Assembly: GCA_034408725.1 (NCBI GenBank)
Contig: JAWXCN010000161.1
Span: 1-52,177, forward strand
Source: Candidatus Hydrogenedentota bacterium
GTDB lineage: Bacteria > Hydrogenedentota > Hydrogenedentia > Hydrogenedentales > SLHB01
Direction of reading: 5' to 3'
Length of the DNA: 52,177 bases
The notes under the pieces were generated by a model. The model was not told the DNA's origin, did not search any database, and saw only the letters and a program-made list of their open reading frames with translations. Of this stretch, positions 7,969 to 17,960 are shown one piece after another. How positions within the stretch are numbered: the first letter of the stretch is position 1; each line of letters starts with the position of its first letter. The translations under genes and the position numbers were made by a program.

Positions 7969-8983
7969 ATGCGATCCGCACGCACACTTTCCCAAAATGC
8001 TTCCCTGCCGCCATATACTCCACCGCGTTGTAAATATCCCGCATCGGGTATGCCTTGTCGATAACCGGCTTCAACTGGTGCAACGTAATTGCCCGGTTCA
8101 TCGCCTCAAACGCCTCTCTATGCCCCACAATCACGCCCTGCATCCGCACATCCTGCATCAGCACCGGCGTGAGGTTCAGCGGCGCCTCGGGACCGGAGAG
8201 CACGCCGATCAAACTGATCGTTCCTCCCATCTTCACGCTGCGCATCGATTGCGTCAGCGTGCCCGATCCGCCGACTTCAATGACGTGGTCCACGCCTTCG
8301 CCGCCGGTCAATTCGCGCACCTGCTTCGACCACTGCGGATTCTTTGCGTAGTTGATGCCGTGGGCCGCGCCGAGTTCCTTCACCCGCTCGAGTTTTTCGT
8401 CGCTGCTCGATGTCGCAATCACGTTCGCGCCCATCATCCGCGCAAATTGCAATGCGAATATCGAAACGCCGCCCGTGCCGAGCACCAGCACGGTGTCCCC
8501 CGGCCGCGTGTGACCATGCCGCGCAAGCGCGCTCCACGCGGTAAGTGCCGCGCACGGCAACGTCGCCGCTTCTTCATCATTCAAATGATCGGGGACCAGC
8601 ACCACGCCGTCTTCGTGCAACACGATGTATTCAGTCAGCATGCCATCCAGCGGCCCACCGAGCGTTGTGTTTTGCAGTTTTGTGCGCGTCGGGGGTCCGG
8701 CGATCCAGCCCTGCGCAAAACATCCCGCAACGCGATCACCCGTTTTCACGCGCGTCACCCCATCACCGATTTCCACTACCTCGCCCGCGCCGTCCGAGCA
8801 CGGCACCAGCGGCAACGGTTGCTTCGGATTATAGAATCCCTGAATTGTCAGCAAGTCGCGGTAATTCAGCGACGCAGCCTTCACCTTCACCAACACCTGC
8901 CCCGGCCCCGGCGACCTCTCCGGCCTGTCCACCAACGCCAAATGCTCAAACCCAAACGCGTCCCGAATCTCAATCGCTTTCAT
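7967..8983 (-). CDS. NAD(P)-dependent alcohol dehydrogenase-like oxidoreductase (MDR family)
   Basis: ASLNYRD, PCSDGAGEV, TLPCAALTAW, GTGGVS, GKHFGKV; start MKAIEI at 8983. Confidence 0.93.
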   Translation of the reverse strand: MKAIEIRDAFGFEHLALVDRPERSPGPGQVLVKVKAASLNYRDLLTIQGFYNPKQPLPLVPCSDGAGEVVEIGDGVTRVKTGDRVAGCFAQGWIAGPPTRTKLQNTTLGGPLDGMLTEYIVLHEDGVVLVPDHLNDEEAATLPCAALTAWSALARHGHTRPGDTVLVLGTGGVSIFALQFARMMGANVIATSSSDEKLERVKELGAAHGINYAKNPQWSKQVRELTGGEGVDHVIEVGGSGTLTQSMRSVKMGGTISLIGVLSGPEAPLNLTPVLMQDVRMQGVIVGHREAFEAMNRAITLHQLKPVIDKAYPMRDIYNAVEYMAAGKHFGKVCVRIA

Positions 8984-9094
8984 AAAAGTTCCCCATTTTT
9001 CCGCAGTATAACCCGTCCGTGCTTGTCGTGCTCGTCCAATAATCCCTATGCTACACTCTGCGCGGGTGCAATCAACGAAGGACATGCCACCGTG

Positions 9095-9901
9095 ATGCTG
9101 ACCTCGACAATTGGCTTTCTTGGATTCGGAAATATGGGGCGCGCAATCGCTGCCGGTCTAATCGAGCAAGGCGCGGTTTCAGCCGCGCAACTCGCCGCTT
9201 TCGACGTCGACCCTGAAAAGCGCGAGCAAGCCGTCGAGCTCGGCATCAAAACATTCGAGAATCCTTCGGACTTGGCCGCGCACTGCGATGCGCTCGTTCT
9301 CGCGGTGAAGCCCCAGTCCATGGACGAGGCCCTGAGATCCCTTGCGCCCGGCATTACACCCAAGACGCTCGTCATCTCGATCGCCGCGGGAATTTCCATC
9401 AGTTTCATTGCCAAACGCCTTGGCGATGAGTTTCGCATTGTCCGCGTCATGCCGAACACGCCCGCGCTCGTCAATGCCGGTGCGGCAGGCATCGCCCGAG
9501 CGGCGAACTGCACCGATTCCGACTTGGAAGTCGCACAGGCAATATTCGAATCCATCGGGATCGTCGAACTTGTCGAAGAATCCCTTATCGATGCCGTCAC
9601 CGCGCTGAGCGGAAGCGGCCCGGCCTATTTCTTCTATTTCGTAGAATGCCTTGTGAAGGCCGGCGTCGTGGAAGGATTAACGCACTCCCAGGCAACGCGG
9701 CTTGCCACGCAGACGTTGTTGGGCGCGGGAAAATTGCTGAGCGAATCGGGAGAACCTCCCGCCGTACTTCGCGAAAAGGTGACCTCGAAAGGCGGCACGA
9801 CCGAAGCCGCGCTAAATGCGCTAAAGGCCGCGGGATTCGAAGCGACCGTCGCGGGCGCTTTGCGCGCAGCCGTCGCGCGCGCAAGGGAACTGGGGAAATA
9901 A
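9095..9901 (+). CDS. proC: Pyrroline-5-carboxylate reductase
   Basis: GFLGFGNMG, LAVKPQ, SIAAG, RVMPNTP, ALSGSGPAY, VTSKGGTT. Confidence 0.97.
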   Translation: MLTSTIGFLGFGNMGRAIAAGLIEQGAVSAAQLAAFDVDPEKREQAVELGIKTFENPSDLAAHCDALVLAVKPQSMDEALRSLAPGITPKTLVISIAAGISISFIAKRLGDEFRIVRVMPNTPALVNAGAAGIARAANCTDSDLEVAQAIFESIGIVELVEESLIDAVTALSGSGPAYFFYFVECLVKAGVVEGLTHSQATRLATQTLLGAGKLLSESGEPPAVLREKVTSKGGTTEAALNALKAAGFEATVAGALRAAVARARELGK

Positions 9902-9902
9902 C

Positions 9903-10418
9903 ATGCGCCGATTCGCTTTACTTCCATTGCTCCTCGTCGCGCTGACCGGATGCGCCCGGCTCGATCCAAACGCTGTTTATTTTCTCGTCTCCGAGCAAAA
10001 GACCTTCCACGGCGATTCGTTTATCGTTCCTCTGACCGATCCCGATCACATTGCGCACGCGAGAGCGCTCATCGATAATCCGGAGAATGCCGGCTCTCCT
10101 ATTGTCGTCGCCGCTATCGAGCGCTGCACTGCGTGCGACGGCATCAATCGCGATCTCCTGAACGACGGCAATTACTGGTCGTGGTGCGTCACCGCGGTCG
10201 ATGGATTTGCGGATGTCTCCGCGGAAATCTATGACGGATGGCCTACCTATGTCGAGGAAAATCTGGATGCCTGGTTCGATACGACCCAAGGCAACATCGC
10301 CTTCTGGTCCTACACGGTGACTCGCGAACTCACTTCGCGGGAGGTGCTGTCTGGCCAGCTCGATCAGAAAATGAATTCGGGCCATTCGGCACAGTCTGGT
10401 TCGGAGCGTACCCAATGA
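9903..10418 (+). CDS. Lipoprotein, BP74-like domain
   Basis: Lipobox LTGC; F...LTDP..IAHARA.I...WSW...F.....EIYDG.P.YVE..L pattern resembles BP74-related proteins (from memory). Confidence 0.6.
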   Translation: MRRFALLPLLLVALTGCARLDPNAVYFLVSEQKTFHGDSFIVPLTDPDHIAHARALIDNPENAGSPIVVAAIERCTACDGINRDLLNDGNYWSWCVTAVDGFADVSAEIYDGWPTYVEENLDAWFDTTQGNIAFWSYTVTRELTSREVLSGQLDQKMNSGHSAQSGSERTQ

Positions 10419-11149
10419 AACACGACAAGTTGGTTTCCGACGTCCTTGGCGATGAAATTATTCTTTCGCCCAGCGATCTGCTCAACCAACAGTTTTCCCG
10501 CGCTCGCATTGGCGGATACGACCGGCGCCAGGTCGATGATTTCATCGAGCGCGTCGCGGACGTGTTCGAGGGCATGATTAACCAGGTCCGGCAGTTGCGC
10601 GAGAAGATTGATGAACAGCGAAAATCCATTGACGAGTTTCAGCAAATGGAAGCTGCCCTGCGCACCGCGCTGCTTTCGTCGCATCAACACGGCGAACACA
10701 TGCTGGACATGGCCCGCCGGGAGGCCAACGTGATTATCGAGGAGGCAAAGATCAAACGCGCCAAGTCACAGGAAGACGCGAGTAAGTTGCCGGTAAACCT
10801 GGCGCGGGATATTCACCTGCTCGAAAACCAGCGGTCGCGACTGCGCGTGGAAATGCTTGCCATTCTCGAAACGCATCGCCGCCTTATCGACAGTCTTGTG
10901 CCGGAAGACCCCATCGCCACTCCGGTAGGGTTCTTCGAAGTCGGCGCCTCAACCTTCAACGACTCGCCCCTCGCATTCGCCGAGGAACCCGTGACCTCGG
11001 TGGTCGAACGCGTCTCCGCTCAGATCGCGGAACTTGGGACAGTTTCCGGGGATCAATCAGTCACCGGGGAAATCGCCGATACCCTTGAAATTCCCGAAGA
11101 ACAGTCCCCGTTCGATAACGCCGATTTTGGAGATGGTAAAGATGAATAG
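10415..11149 (+). CDS. DivIVA domain protein
   Basis: LSPSDLLNQQFSR..IGGYDRRQVDDFIERV followed by coiled coil; ATG at 10415. Confidence 0.9.
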   Translation: MKHDKLVSDVLGDEIILSPSDLLNQQFSRARIGGYDRRQVDDFIERVADVFEGMINQVRQLREKIDEQRKSIDEFQQMEAALRTALLSSHQHGEHMLDMARREANVIIEEAKIKRAKSQEDASKLPVNLARDIHLLENQRSRLRVEMLAILETHRRLIDSLVPEDPIATPVGFFEVGASTFNDSPLAFAEEPVTSVVERVSAQIAELGTVSGDQSVTGEIADTLEIPEEQSPFDNADFGDGKDE

Positions 11150-11888
11150 TACCGTTGCGCGGTTGGGTCTGGCCGCCCTCGCGCTGTTGAGCTTTAACGC
11201 AACCGCCGAACCGCTTGACGACTTCTTTAAGGAGTTCGTCGCGAAACGCGAAAAAATCGCGTCGATACAGGCCAACTTCGTCCAGGAAAATATATCCCCG
11301 GATGAAACCCTCCGCAGCACGGGTCGTATTGCTTACGCAAAACCCAAACAGCTCCTGTTCGAATACTACGATCCAAAAATTATCTACGCCATCAACGGGC
11401 TCCGCGCGTACCAATACGAAGCCGATCTCGAACAGGTGCAGGTCTATGACGTCGGCGACAGCGCGCAGGCGGACGCGTTTTTCATCGCGTTCGACAACGA
11501 CCCGGGACGCTTGCGCGAAGCGTATGACGTGACCCTGCTCGAACCAGAGCCGGATGCTTGTGGCGCGCACGCGTTGAAACTCGTCCCCAAGGAAATCGCA
11601 GCAGCGACGGATGACGAATCACCGGCGCAGCCGTTTCGCGAAATCCGGCTGTACCTTCGCGCGGAAGATTTTCTCCCCTGCGAAATTCGCGCATTTAACC
11701 ACGACGACGCGGAAGTCCGCGTCAGCATACGCGACTACAAGCCAAACGACGCCGATGCCGCTTCCGCTGTGCGGTTTCACGTTCCCGAAGGAACGAGCAT
11801 AATCATCAACGAGGCAAAGGCCGAATTGGCCGGCCCCGGAGGGAAAACCTTGCCCGAAACTTCCACTCCCCCGCAATCGCAAAAATAA
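11142..11888 (+). CDS. lolA: Outer-membrane lipoprotein carrier LolA family
   Basis: Signal peptide; IQANFVQ, STGRIAYAKP.QLLFEY.DP, YEADLEQV. Confidence 0.8.
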   Translation: MNSTVARLGLAALALLSFNATAEPLDDFFKEFVAKREKIASIQANFVQENISPDETLRSTGRIAYAKPKQLLFEYYDPKIIYAINGLRAYQYEADLEQVQVYDVGDSAQADAFFIAFDNDPGRLREAYDVTLLEPEPDACGAHALKLVPKEIAAATDDESPAQPFREIRLYLRAEDFLPCEIRAFNHDDAEVRVSIRDYKPNDADAASAVRFHVPEGTSIIINEAKAELAGPGGKTLPETSTPPQSQK

Positions 11889-12490
11889 TGCGTATCGTCC
11901 TTGCATCAGGTTCGCCTCGCCGCCGCGCTCTGCTCGCCGCGCTGGGGATCGAATTCGAGGTCATGCCCAGCAATGCCCCCGAAATCGATGAAGGCGACGA
12001 CCCGACCGGAATCGTCGTCGCCAACGCGCGCCGTAAACGCGATGACGTCCAAGTCCGCCTCGAAACGCCTGCCCTTGTAATTGCCGCGGATACGCTGGTC
12101 TTTCTCAATGGCCACGTACTGAGCAAGCCGGTGGATCTTGAGGATGCCCGCGCGATGCTCCGCCGGCTCTCCGGACGCACGCACCAGGTCATCACCGGTC
12201 TCGCCATCACCGCTTTCAACGGCAATACGAACGAAGGCTACGAATGTACCGATGTGACCTTCCAGGAATTGACCGAACAGGAAATCGGCCACTTCCTCCA
12301 CGCCGTAAAACCGCTCGATCGCGCCGGAGCCTATACCGTCGATGGGCCCGGCACGTTGCTGGTCGCCCGATATAACGGCTGCTACCAGAATGTTCTCGGC
12401 CTGCCGATTGTTCGGTTGAATGCCTTGCTGAAACAACAGGGAATTGACCTTTTTGACCTGATGGACGGCCCGCGCGCCATCTTTTTGTAG
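11888..12490 (+). CDS. maf: Maf family nucleoside triphosphate pyrophosphatase
   Basis: IVLASGSPRRRALL, IAADTLV, KP, LSGRTHQVITG, DRAGAY, NVLGLP. Confidence 0.96.
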   Translation: MRIVLASGSPRRRALLAALGIEFEVMPSNAPEIDEGDDPTGIVVANARRKRDDVQVRLETPALVIAADTLVFLNGHVLSKPVDLEDARAMLRRLSGRTHQVITGLAITAFNGNTNEGYECTDVTFQELTEQEIGHFLHAVKPLDRAGAYTVDGPGTLLVARYNGCYQNVLGLPIVRLNALLKQQGIDLFDLMDGPRAIFL

Positions 12491-12546
12491 TCGCGAAATG
12501 TAGCAGCCGAACGCCGATTCGATGGCTTTCGCCTCTATCTGAAAAA

Positions 12547-12581
12547 TTGTCTAGACAACTCTTGACAAAATAGCGTATAAT
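12547..12581 (+). promoter_or_regulatory. Sigma70-like promoter with palindromic operator over -35
   Basis: TAGACA-18-TATAAT; perfect palindrome TTGTCTAGACAA at 12547-12558. Confidence 0.55.
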
Positions 12582-12611
12582 GCTTCCGGTTCAGTCAGTG
12601 GGAGGACAAAG

Positions 12612-13160
12612 ATGAGTACGTTCTATCGATTGGGATTCTTCGGCCTCGTCATCGGGCTTCTGGCCGCGCCCGTATCCTGGGCAGACCATTCTGCGCACTG
12701 CGGCTCGAAATCCTGCGGCGCGCATTGCGCAAAATCCCACGCCAACTGCACCGCCGAGTGTTGCGCCCCAACCGAATTTAAAGACCCCGCCAACGTGCAT
12801 TGGGTCCACAAACGCGTGTCGTTCGGCAATTACATGAAAATGGCCGCGGCGGAGGTCCCCGCGGTCGTGTTACCGGCGCCAGTCACTTTCGGTCCCGTAT
12901 TCTTCGACTTCAAGAAAACGCATCTGCGCCCCGAAAGCGTCGAGTCGTGCTACCAGCTCATTGAGTTCATGAAGGCCCACCCATCACAGACCGTCCTCAT
13001 CGACGGAACAAACGCGAAGATGGGCGCGCGCCGCGCGGAGATCGTAAAATCATTCCTCATGGAAAACGGCATTCCCGCCAGCCGCATTACCACCAACGCC
13101 GACCCCGCGAAGAATCCCACAGCCAACATCCACGTGCGCGTAGGCGAATCGCCCCGCTAA
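12612..13160 (+). CDS. Exported protein with Cys/His-rich N-terminus and degenerate OmpA-like C-terminal domain
   Basis: Signal peptide; PVFFDFKK..LRPES, RRAEIVKSFLMENGIPASRI. Confidence 0.75.
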   Translation: MSTFYRLGFFGLVIGLLAAPVSWADHSAHCGSKSCGAHCAKSHANCTAECCAPTEFKDPANVHWVHKRVSFGNYMKMAAAEVPAVVLPAPVTFGPVFFDFKKTHLRPESVESCYQLIEFMKAHPSQTVLIDGTNAKMGARRAEIVKSFLMENGIPASRITTNADPAKNPTANIHVRVGESPR

Positions 13161-13285
13161 AAGCTTTACATAGCACCACCGGAAGGTAGTGATGATCCGA
13201 TGCAGTCCAGTTAGTATGGGACTGCATCGCGCGTTTCTGTGAAAGCGAATTTAATCCCACACTGCAAGGCCACAGCCGTAACGCG

Positions 13286-13320
13286 GTCTTCATCGTGCAC
13301 GTGCTCGTCCTCGTAATCGA
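13286..13320. repeat. Solo GAGCAC/GATTAC-family repeat arm
   Basis: CGTGCACGTGCTCGTCCTCGTAATCG, same family as 431-468. Confidence 0.7.
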
Positions 13321-13393
13321 TCCAGCCCATTCGTTATCCTATGCGCTCCCAAACTTCGCCGCAGAGCGAATGAACTGTATTCAGGAGCAGTGC

Positions 13394-14758
13394 GTGATCA
13401 TCGACAACACCATCCGCGCCGCCGATCTGCGCGATGCGCTCGATAACTTCTTCGCAATAGCCGGCCCCAAAATCCGCAAGCTCAATAAATCCTGGGACCC
13501 CACCCAAGGCGCGCCGGTCTTCACGCGCAACGGCCGCTACACCTCCCGCGGATGGACGGAATGGACGCAGGGGTTCCAGTTCGGTTGCCAGATACTGCAA
13601 TTCGACGCGACCAACGACGAAGAACTTCTAAGCATGGGCCGGGAAAACACAATCCAGTACATGGCGCCGCACGTCAGCCACATCGGCGTACACGATCACG
13701 GCTTCAACAATGTTTCCACCTACGGCAACCTCCGCCGTCTCGCGCGCGAAGGCCGCACACCCGATACCGCCGACGCGTTGCACTTCTACGAGATGGCCCT
13801 GAAAACGTCCGGCGCAGTGCAGGCCGCGCGATGGACTACCATCGACGACGGCACAGGCTATATCCATTCGTTCAACGGTCCGCACTCGCTCTTCTGCGAC
13901 ACCATCCGCTCGTGCCGCTCGCTCGTCCTCGCGCACCAACTCGGCCATTGCCTGATGGGCGAGAACGACCGCCGCATCTCCCTGCTCGTGCGCACGATCG
14001 AACACGGCCTCACCACCGCGCGCTATAACGTCTATTACGGCGAAGGCCGCGACACCTACGACGTCCGTGGCCGCGTTGCGCACGAGAGCATCTTCAACAC
14101 TACCGGCGGCCGTTACCGCTGCCCGAGCACGCAGCAGGGCTACTCGCCATTCACCACGTGGACACGCGGCCTCGCGTGGATCATCCTTGGTTACGCGGAA
14201 CTGCTCGAATCGTTTACCACCATGCCGGAGGACGAGTTCAATCCCTACGGCGGCAAGGAAGAAGTCCAGGCCGTTTTCCTCATGACCGCAACTGCCGCCG
14301 CAGATTTCTACATCGAAAGCACGCCGGCGGACGGCATCCCTTATTGGGACACCGGCGCGCCCGGCCTTGCGCACATGCCGGGCTACCTCGACCGGCCCGC
14401 GCAAATCGACAATCCCCACGAGCCGGTGGACAGCTCCGCCGCCGCAATCACCGCGCAAGGCCTCCTGCGGCTCGGCCAGTTGCTGGGCACAAAGGGAAAA
14501 CGCTACACGCAGGCGGGCCTTTCCGTCGCGCGGACCGTCCTGACGCCGCCATATTTATCTGAAAACAAAAAGCACGACGGCCTGCTGCTCCACACCGTCT
14601 ACCACCGGCCCAACGGCTGGGACCACGTCCCCGCCGGCAAACAGGTCCCCCAGGGCGAATCGTGCATGTGGGGCGATTACCATGCGATGGAGCTGGCGGT
14701 GTATCTTATGAGGGTTATTATCGGGGGACCGTACCTCGCGTTTTTCGACCGGGAGTGA
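13394..14758 (+). CDS. Glycoside hydrolase family 88-like (unsaturated glucuronyl hydrolase-like)
   Basis: WTEWTQGF, HDHGF, QGYSPFTTWTRGLAW, PYWD, DSSAAAI, WGDY; GTG start after AGGAG. Confidence 0.85.
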   Translation: MIIDNTIRAADLRDALDNFFAIAGPKIRKLNKSWDPTQGAPVFTRNGRYTSRGWTEWTQGFQFGCQILQFDATNDEELLSMGRENTIQYMAPHVSHIGVHDHGFNNVSTYGNLRRLAREGRTPDTADALHFYEMALKTSGAVQAARWTTIDDGTGYIHSFNGPHSLFCDTIRSCRSLVLAHQLGHCLMGENDRRISLLVRTIEHGLTTARYNVYYGEGRDTYDVRGRVAHESIFNTTGGRYRCPSTQQGYSPFTTWTRGLAWIILGYAELLESFTTMPEDEFNPYGGKEEVQAVFLMTATAAADFYIESTPADGIPYWDTGAPGLAHMPGYLDRPAQIDNPHEPVDSSAAAITAQGLLRLGQLLGTKGKRYTQAGLSVARTVLTPPYLSENKKHDGLLLHTVYHRPNGWDHVPAGKQVPQGESCMWGDYHAMELAVYLMRVIIGGPYLAFFDRE

Positions 14759-14815
14759 CGGTGCAAATTGGTGTGCGCGATGGGCTGCGACTGTCGCGTG
14801 CACTCGGGGGATAAA

Positions 14816-15169
14816 ATGATGGCGGAAACAACTACGCAACGACGGCGCGTTACTGCAAAAGATTTTCCGAAGCGGGAGATTAAGTTGGATGTCGTGGAAC
14901 CCATAATCGCGCCTTCACTACCGGTCTGGTACCTCGCGCCAAGCGCGTTGCCGGCGGCGTTGGCGATCTTCCTGCCGTCGCTCGGCGCGATGTGGGCTGC
15001 CATCGCCGCGACGATTGTTTGGCTCGGCTTCTACGGCCTGCTCCTGTTCGAGCGCAAGCGCAAAGACTTCGACGTTGGCCGCGAGATTGTGCTGTCAATC
15101 ACGCGCACGGTTGCCTTCGGACTCGCGCTCGGGGCGTGGGGTTATGTGATCTACTCCGGACTCCGTTGA
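14816..15169 (+). CDS. Hypothetical membrane protein
   Basis: Three hydrophobic segments; plausible RBS. Confidence 0.7.
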   Translation: MMAETTTQRRRVTAKDFPKREIKLDVVEPIIAPSLPVWYLAPSALPAALAIFLPSLGAMWAAIAATIVWLGFYGLLLFERKRKDFDVGREIVLSITRTVAFGLALGAWGYVIYSGLR

Positions 15170-15307
15170 ACTCGCTTTCTTCCAGTGAGCGTCATCGTAA
15201 TCGGATCGATCGTGCCCACCAACGAAATCAAGAAACGCGACGAGGACTTATCGCTACACAGTTCGGGAACCCCTAAGCGCGCCATCAACCAAAAACCTGA
15301 ATGATTC

Positions 15308-15751
15308 ATGCACATCACCGAAGCAACCCACGATGACATCCCCGAACTCGCGGAACTCCTCGGCATTCTCTTCACACAGGAATCCGACTTCAATCCCGAC
15401 GCCGCCCGCCAACGCGAAGGACTCAGCCGCATCATCGCCGCGCCTGTCACCGGCCGCGTTCTCGTCTGGCGGGAACACGGTCGCGCGCGCGGTATGGTAA
15501 ACCTCCTCTTCACGATCAGCACCGCGCTCGGCGCAAACGTCGCCATCCTCGAAGACATGATCGTCCACCCCGACTACCGCAACAAACGCATCGGCTCACA
15601 ACTCATCACCGCGGCCATCGACTGGTGCAAAACGAACGGATTCCATCGCATCTCCCTCCTCACCGACGCCACAAACGACTCTGCCCAACGCTTCTACACC
15701 CGCCACGGCTTCCGTGCCTCCGAAGTCATCGTCATGCGGCTGCACCTATAA
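15308..15751 (+). CDS. GNAT family N-acetyltransferase
   Basis: VHPDYRNKRIGSQL acetyl-CoA motif; N..AQRFY..HGF. Confidence 0.92.
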   Translation: MHITEATHDDIPELAELLGILFTQESDFNPDAARQREGLSRIIAAPVTGRVLVWREHGRARGMVNLLFTISTALGANVAILEDMIVHPDYRNKRIGSQLITAAIDWCKTNGFHRISLLTDATNDSAQRFYTRHGFRASEVIVMRLHL

Positions 15752-15818
15752 CCACACAGCGCGTTGCACTGACATTCGCCTCCCGGCCCACCGTAGCTTC
15801 AGCATATAATCCCTACCA

Positions 15819-15852
15819 GTCTCATACGTCCCATTTGTCCCATACTTCCCAT
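15819..15852. repeat. GTCCCAT-type 9-nt-period repeat arm
   Basis: GTCTCATAC-GTCCCATTT-GTCCCATAC-TTCCCAT. Confidence 0.65.
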
Positions 15853-15910
15853 CAACGCTACACTTGCATACTCGCGGCGAAGTGAAACTGATCCATGGGG
15901 GAACGCGATC

Positions 15911-17053
15911 TTGACCCAACGCATCGGAATCATCATGAACGGCGTCACGGGCCGCATGGGCACCAACCAGCACCTCGTGCGCTCGATCCTCGCGATCCGC
16001 GCGCACGGCGGCATCACCGGACCCGACGGCACAACTGTCATCCCTGAACCGGTGCTTGTTGGCCGCAACGAATCGAAACTCGCGCGCCTCGCTGAATCGC
16101 ACGGGGGCCTCGCCTACTCCACCGATCTCGCGTCGCTCCTCAAAGATGACCGATACACGATCTACTTTGATGCGCAAACGACGTTGCGCCGTTTTGAAGA
16201 CGTGACCAAAGCCATCGCCGCGGGCAAGCACGTCTACTGCGAAAAACCCGTCGCGACCACCTCCAAAGACGGATTCGATCTGCATAAACGCGCCGTCGCC
16301 AAAGGCGTCAAACACGGCGTCGTACAAGACAAACTCTGGCTGCCCGGCCTGCTCAAACTGAAATACCTCATCGACACCAACTTCTTCGGCGAAATCCTCA
16401 GCGTGCGCGGCGACTTCGGCTACTGGGTGTTCACCGGCGAACGCCAGCCCTGCCAACGCCCGTCGTGGAACTACCGCAAAAAAGAAGGCGGCGGCCTCAT
16501 CCTCGACATGTTCTGCCACTGGCGCTACGTCATCGACAACCTTTTTGGCAACGTCACCAGTGTCTTCGCACACGGCGCAACCCACATCAAACAACGCTGG
16601 GACGAAGAAGGCAAACCCTACACCTGCGATACCGACGACGCCGCCTACGCCCTGTTCACCACCGACCGCGGCATCACGTGCCAGTTCAACTCATCATGGT
16701 GTACACGGGTCCGCCGCGACGACCTGCTCACGCTCCACGTCGACGGCACACAAGGCTCCGCCGTCGCCGGACTCCGCCAATGCTGGGTCCAGTCCGATGC
16801 CACAACCCCGCGCCCCGTCTGGAACCCCGACATCGACAGCCCCATCGACTTCCGCGCCGGCTGGCAAACCGTCCCCAACAACATCGCCTACGACAACGCC
16901 TTCAAAACCCAATGGGAACTCTTCCTCCGCCACATCGCCTTCAACGAACCCTTCCGCTGGGATCTAAGGGAAGGTGCAAAGGGCGTGCAATTGGCGGAAC
17001 TGGGATTGCAGTCGTGGAAGGAGCGGAAGTGGATCGACGTACCGAGCGTTTAA
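15911..17053 (+). CDS. Gfo/Idh/MocA family oxidoreductase
   Basis: NGVTGRMG Rossmann motif, AGKHVYCEKP, GGGLILDMFCH. Confidence 0.93.
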   Translation: MTQRIGIIMNGVTGRMGTNQHLVRSILAIRAHGGITGPDGTTVIPEPVLVGRNESKLARLAESHGGLAYSTDLASLLKDDRYTIYFDAQTTLRRFEDVTKAIAAGKHVYCEKPVATTSKDGFDLHKRAVAKGVKHGVVQDKLWLPGLLKLKYLIDTNFFGEILSVRGDFGYWVFTGERQPCQRPSWNYRKKEGGGLILDMFCHWRYVIDNLFGNVTSVFAHGATHIKQRWDEEGKPYTCDTDDAAYALFTTDRGITCQFNSSWCTRVRRDDLLTLHVDGTQGSAVAGLRQCWVQSDATTPRPVWNPDIDSPIDFRAGWQTVPNNIAYDNAFKTQWELFLRHIAFNEPFRWDLREGAKGVQLAELGLQSWKERKWIDVPSV

Positions 17054-17520
17054 CCACCGATAAACTCCGATTCACACCGATGAATGCGGGAACCCCCGCT
17101 TGTCCGCAGATTACACAGATTCTCGCAGAAGAACCGTACTTATTCGCCCAGCACGTTGCACATGAGAGCTGGCAGCTACACGATTGATGGGGGGGGTGCA
17201 TGGATCTTTTTTGGCGATTCAAGGGGGGGGTGTTGGCGAAACAAGGGACAGTTTTGTGCCTGGAAACACGTTGTTTAACCACCGATAACACTGATAAACA
17301 CCGATAGTCCACAGATGACGCAGATTTGCGCAGTTGAACCGTACTTACATGGCCAGCGCGTTGCACTTGAGCGCTGGAAAAATACAAGGGGGTGTCTGGA
17401 CTGGGGACGAGTTAATCAACGTTTCTTTTCTGTGCCTTTTTGCGTTTGTTGCGGCCATGCATTGTGTGTTAATCGGAATTCATCGGTGGTTCATCTGCGG
17501 AAATCTGCGTCATCTGCGGA
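17051..17520. repeat. Duplicated ~150-200 bp module with ACCGAT- and CAGAT-type 9-nt-period arms, followed by their inverted counterparts
   Basis: Plus-sense arms 17051-17083/17103-17130 and 17276-17305/17308-17333, each followed by GAACCGTACTTA...GTTGCAC; inverted arms 17472-17491 and 17493-17520. Confidence 0.8.
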
Positions 17521-17736
17521 CTACCGTGTTGTTCCCCGCTCCCGCGCGATCCGAATCAAAAACCGCAACGCCTCATTCACTGATTCCGCGTCGGGAAACA
17601 CCTCCGACACGTCCTGCTCAAGACGTACAACCGATTCTCCGAAGCGCTTCCGACCCGGCCCCAACCGCCGCACGCGCAGATTTTTCAGGTCATACTCCGG
17701 CCTTAATTCGTCTACTGCCTCTTTAACCTTCTTCAT
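17521..17736 (-). CDS. BrnA-like antitoxin (orphan)
   Basis: DELRPEYD...VRLEQDVSEVFPDAESVNEALR; no BrnT gene seen upstream. Confidence 0.75.
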   Translation of the reverse strand: MKKVKEAVDELRPEYDLKNLRVRRLGPGRKRFGESVVRLEQDVSEVFPDAESVNEALRFLIRIARERGTTR

Positions 17737-17771
17737 ATTCTTTTCTCTCTTGCGCGGCTTTGCGGCGAAGA

Positions 17772-17960
17772 CTACGATTCTTTCGGTTCGCCGAGATATT
17801 TCAGAATGTGCTTTGCCAGCGATTCGTCAATTTCTGTATGACGCGGCTCCGGCTGCTTGCGGCCCGTAATAGGGTTGATGTAGATATCATGACGAGACCC
17901 GTGCCGATGAAGCTTGCAACCGTTCTGAACGAGCGCGCGAACCAGGTGCGCCCGTTTCAC
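17772..17960 (-). CDS. hicA: HicA family toxin
   Basis: MKR..LVRAL..NGC.L.RHGSRHDIYINP...PRH.EI. Confidence 0.9.
   Translation of the reverse strand: MKRAHLVRALVQNGCKLHRHGSRHDIYINPITGRKQPEPRHTEIDESLAKHILKYLGEPKES

Noticed and set aside
7997-9094. 634-aa N-terminally extended ProC ORF
   Set aside because: The extension is the antisense shadow of the MDR dehydrogenase; ProC homology starts at ~9095.
12562-12581. TTGACA...TATAAT consensus promoter pair
   Set aside because: Spacing is only 8 nt; TAGACA at 12552 gives a plausible 18-nt spacer instead.
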